Shown here one piece after another: positions 61,926 to 64,000 of a DNA stretch of 64,000 nucleotides. Source of the DNA: an uncultured Gammaproteobacteria bacterium (GTDB lineage: Bacteria > Pseudomonadota > Gammaproteobacteria > DRLM01). The stretch is from assembly GCA_963729605.1 (NCBI GenBank), contig CAVSNY010000007.1, forward strand, positions 96,001-160,000, written 5' to 3'. The notes under the pieces are model-generated. The model was not told where the DNA came from. It did no database searches and was given only the letters and a program-made list of their open reading frames with translations. Each line of letters begins with the position of its first letter. The stretch's first letter is position 1. Made by a program: the position numbers and the translations under genes.

Positions 61926-62144
61926 GCGGTGCCCCCGGCCGCGGTAAAAAGTGCTGGACGCGGCCGAGGTGTGGTGGTAGCGTGTAAAAAAATTACAATA
62001 TCTCAGTTTGGTCTATCGCCTTAACGGGCATTTCCCCCGATTTAAAAAAGTTGTGCATTTACGTTGGTTCTAGCCCCCGGCCATCCGAGTCGGCCCATTT
62101 CCACAGTTACGTCTTTGATCTGAGTCAATCCGAAAGCAGCGACG

Positions 62145-63401
62145 ATGAACCTCACCGAACTTAAGCAAAAAAGCCCGACCGATTTATTGGGAATCGCCGA
62201 CGAAATGGGCATCGAAGGCATGGCGCGCTCGCGCAAGCAGGATGTGATCTTCGCCATTCTCAAGGCCCACGCCAAAAAGGGCGAGGATATTTTCGGTGAC
62301 GGCGTGCTGGAGATTCTTCAGGACGGCTTCGGCTTTTTACGATCGGGCGACAGCTCCTATCTCGCGGGGCCCGATGATATCTACGTCTCGCCGAGCCAGA
62401 TCCGCCGCTTCAATTTGCGCACCGGCGATACGGTGTCCGGCAAGATCCGCCCGCCCAAAGAGGGCGAGCGTTATTTCGCGCTGCTCAAGGTCGACGAGAT
62501 CAATTACGAGCCGCCCGAAAACGCCAAGAACAAAGTCCTGTTCGAGAACCTCACTCCGCTGTTCGCCAACAAGCGGCTCAGCATGGAACAGGGCAACGGC
62601 AGCACCGAGGACATCACTGCGCGCATCATCGATTTGGTGGCGCCGATCGGCAAGGGCCAGCGCGGCATGATCGTCTCGCCGCCCAAGGCCGGTAAAACCA
62701 TGATGCTGCAGAATATCGCGCAGTCGATTGCGCACAACCATCCCGAGTGTTACCTCATCGTATTGCTCATCGACGAACGTCCCGAGGAAGTCACCGAGAT
62801 GTCGCGCTCGGTGCGCGGCGAAGTGATTTCTTCTACGTTCGACGAACCCGCCACCCGCCATGTACAAGTAGCGGAGATGGTGATCGAGAAGGCTAAGCGT
62901 TTGGTGGAGCATAAGCGCGACGTGATCATTCTGCTGGACTCGATCACCCGTTTGGCGCGCGCCTACAACACGGTGATCCCCTCGTCGGGCAAGGTGTTGA
63001 CCGGCGGCGTGGACGCCAATGCGTTGCAAAAACCAAAACGGTTTTTCGGCGCGGCGCGTAATATCGAGGAAGGCGGTTCGCTGACCATCATCGCCACCGC
63101 GCTGGTCGAAACCGGTTCGCGCATGGACGACGTGATCTACGAAGAATTCAAAGGCACCGGCAACAACGAGATGCATCTCGACCGCAAGATCGCCGAGAAG
63201 CGCATCTATCCGGCCATCAACATCAACCGCTCCGGCACCCGCCGCGAAGAGTTGCTCACCCACCCCGATGAGCTGCAGAAGATGTGGATACTCCGCAAAC
63301 TGCTGCACCCCATGGACGAGTTGGCCGCCATGGAATTCATGCTCGACAAACTCAAGGCCACCAAGACCAACGCCAGTTTCTTCGATTCCATGAAGCGCTG
63401 A
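62145..63401 (+). CDS. rho: Transcription termination factor Rho
   Basis: MNLTELK, DGFGFLR, PPKAGKT, DERPEE and DSITR. Confidence 0.99.
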   Translation: MNLTELKQKSPTDLLGIADEMGIEGMARSRKQDVIFAILKAHAKKGEDIFGDGVLEILQDGFGFLRSGDSSYLAGPDDIYVSPSQIRRFNLRTGDTVSGKIRPPKEGERYFALLKVDEINYEPPENAKNKVLFENLTPLFANKRLSMEQGNGSTEDITARIIDLVAPIGKGQRGMIVSPPKAGKTMMLQNIAQSIAHNHPECYLIVLLIDERPEEVTEMSRSVRGEVISSTFDEPATRHVQVAEMVIEKAKRLVEHKRDVIILLDSITRLARAYNTVIPSSGKVLTGGVDANALQKPKRFFGAARNIEEGGSLTIIATALVETGSRMDDVIYEEFKGTGNNEMHLDRKIAEKRIYPAININRSGTRREELLTHPDELQKMWILRKLLHPMDELAAMEFMLDKLKATKTNASFFDSMKR

Positions 63402-63428
63402 TGCCGCGCCGGCGGCGCGGTGAATAGC

Positions 63429-64000
63429 TCACCCCGCCGTCGGCAGCTTGATGTCCACCGGTTTTACATTCCAGATTTCTTCGGCGTACTGACGGATGGT
63501 GCGGTCCGAAGAAAATTTTCCCATGTGCGCGACATTGAGTATGGCCTTGCGCGTCCATTCCTCGCGCTGGGTGTACAAGGCCGCGACCGCCTCCTGGCTG
63601 GTAATGTACGACGCGTAATCGGCCAACAGCAGATAGTGGTCGCCGCCGTGGGTCAGGTTATCCGCGATCGGCCGGTGCAGGTCGGCGTTGCCCGGTGAAA
63701 AATAGCCGTTGGCTATCATGTCCAGCGCCTGTTTCAGTTCGGGATTGCCGTGATAATAATCCCAAGGGTTGTGGCCGCGCGTGTAAGTCTCCGCCACCTG
63801 AGGCGTGGTCATGCCGAAGATGAAGATGTTCTCCTTGCCCACCTCTTCGCAGATCTCCACGTTGGCGCCGTCCAAGGTGCCGATGGTGAGCGCGCCGTTG
63901 AGGGCGAACTTCATGTTGCTGGTGCCCGAGGCCTCGGTGCCGGCGGTGGAGATTTGTTCCGACAAGCTCGCAGGCCGGGATGATCAGCTCCGCCAGCGAG
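63429..64000 (-). CDS. glgP: Glycogen/alpha-glucan phosphorylase, C-terminal part (one apparent +1 insertion near 63965)
   Basis: [21 protein letters not shown] motif, GTLDGANVE and KFSSDRTI. Confidence 0.93.

Noticed and set aside
61926-62144. Novel sRNA between trxA and rho
   Set aside because: Consistent with the ordinary rho promoter and autoregulatory leader; no distinctive structure seen.

Overview
High-GC gammaproteobacterial chromosome segment spanning the replication origin. The core block is mnmE-yidC-yidD-rnpA-rpmH / dnaA-oriC-dnaN-recF-gyrB, with two parS sites inside recF. An ~11.8 kb integrative element (~2992-14822) sits in the 3' end of mnmE. It carries a P4-type tyrosine integrase, a Type ISP restriction-modification gene, a structured leader RNA, AlpA, a TOPRIM/DUF3987 replication protein and a 24-bp inverted repeat, and has TGGGCACAC repeats at both ends. 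The rest is mostly housekeeping: mrpA/B fusion, glk, pgl, folA, thyA, lgt, rlmI, an ArnT-type glycosylation cluster, fbp, slyD, marC, tas, hemL-thiE-thiD, rubredoxin, RegBA, cytochrome c, mtnB, rhlB, trxA, rho and glgP. The most notable observations are: (1) an exported FGE/SUMF1 pair in which one protein has two CxxCH motifs and keeps the FGE copper CxxxxC while its partner has His/Met instead; (2) a propeptide-less, GlyGly-CTERM-anchored matrixin co-encoded with a possible TIMP-like protein; (3) four copies of a non-coding MITE-like element, three flanked by TTAA. Clustered, mostly +1 frameshifts in the Type ISP gene, hemL and glgP look like sequencing or assembly error. All calls come from reading the sequence by eye; no database searches were run.
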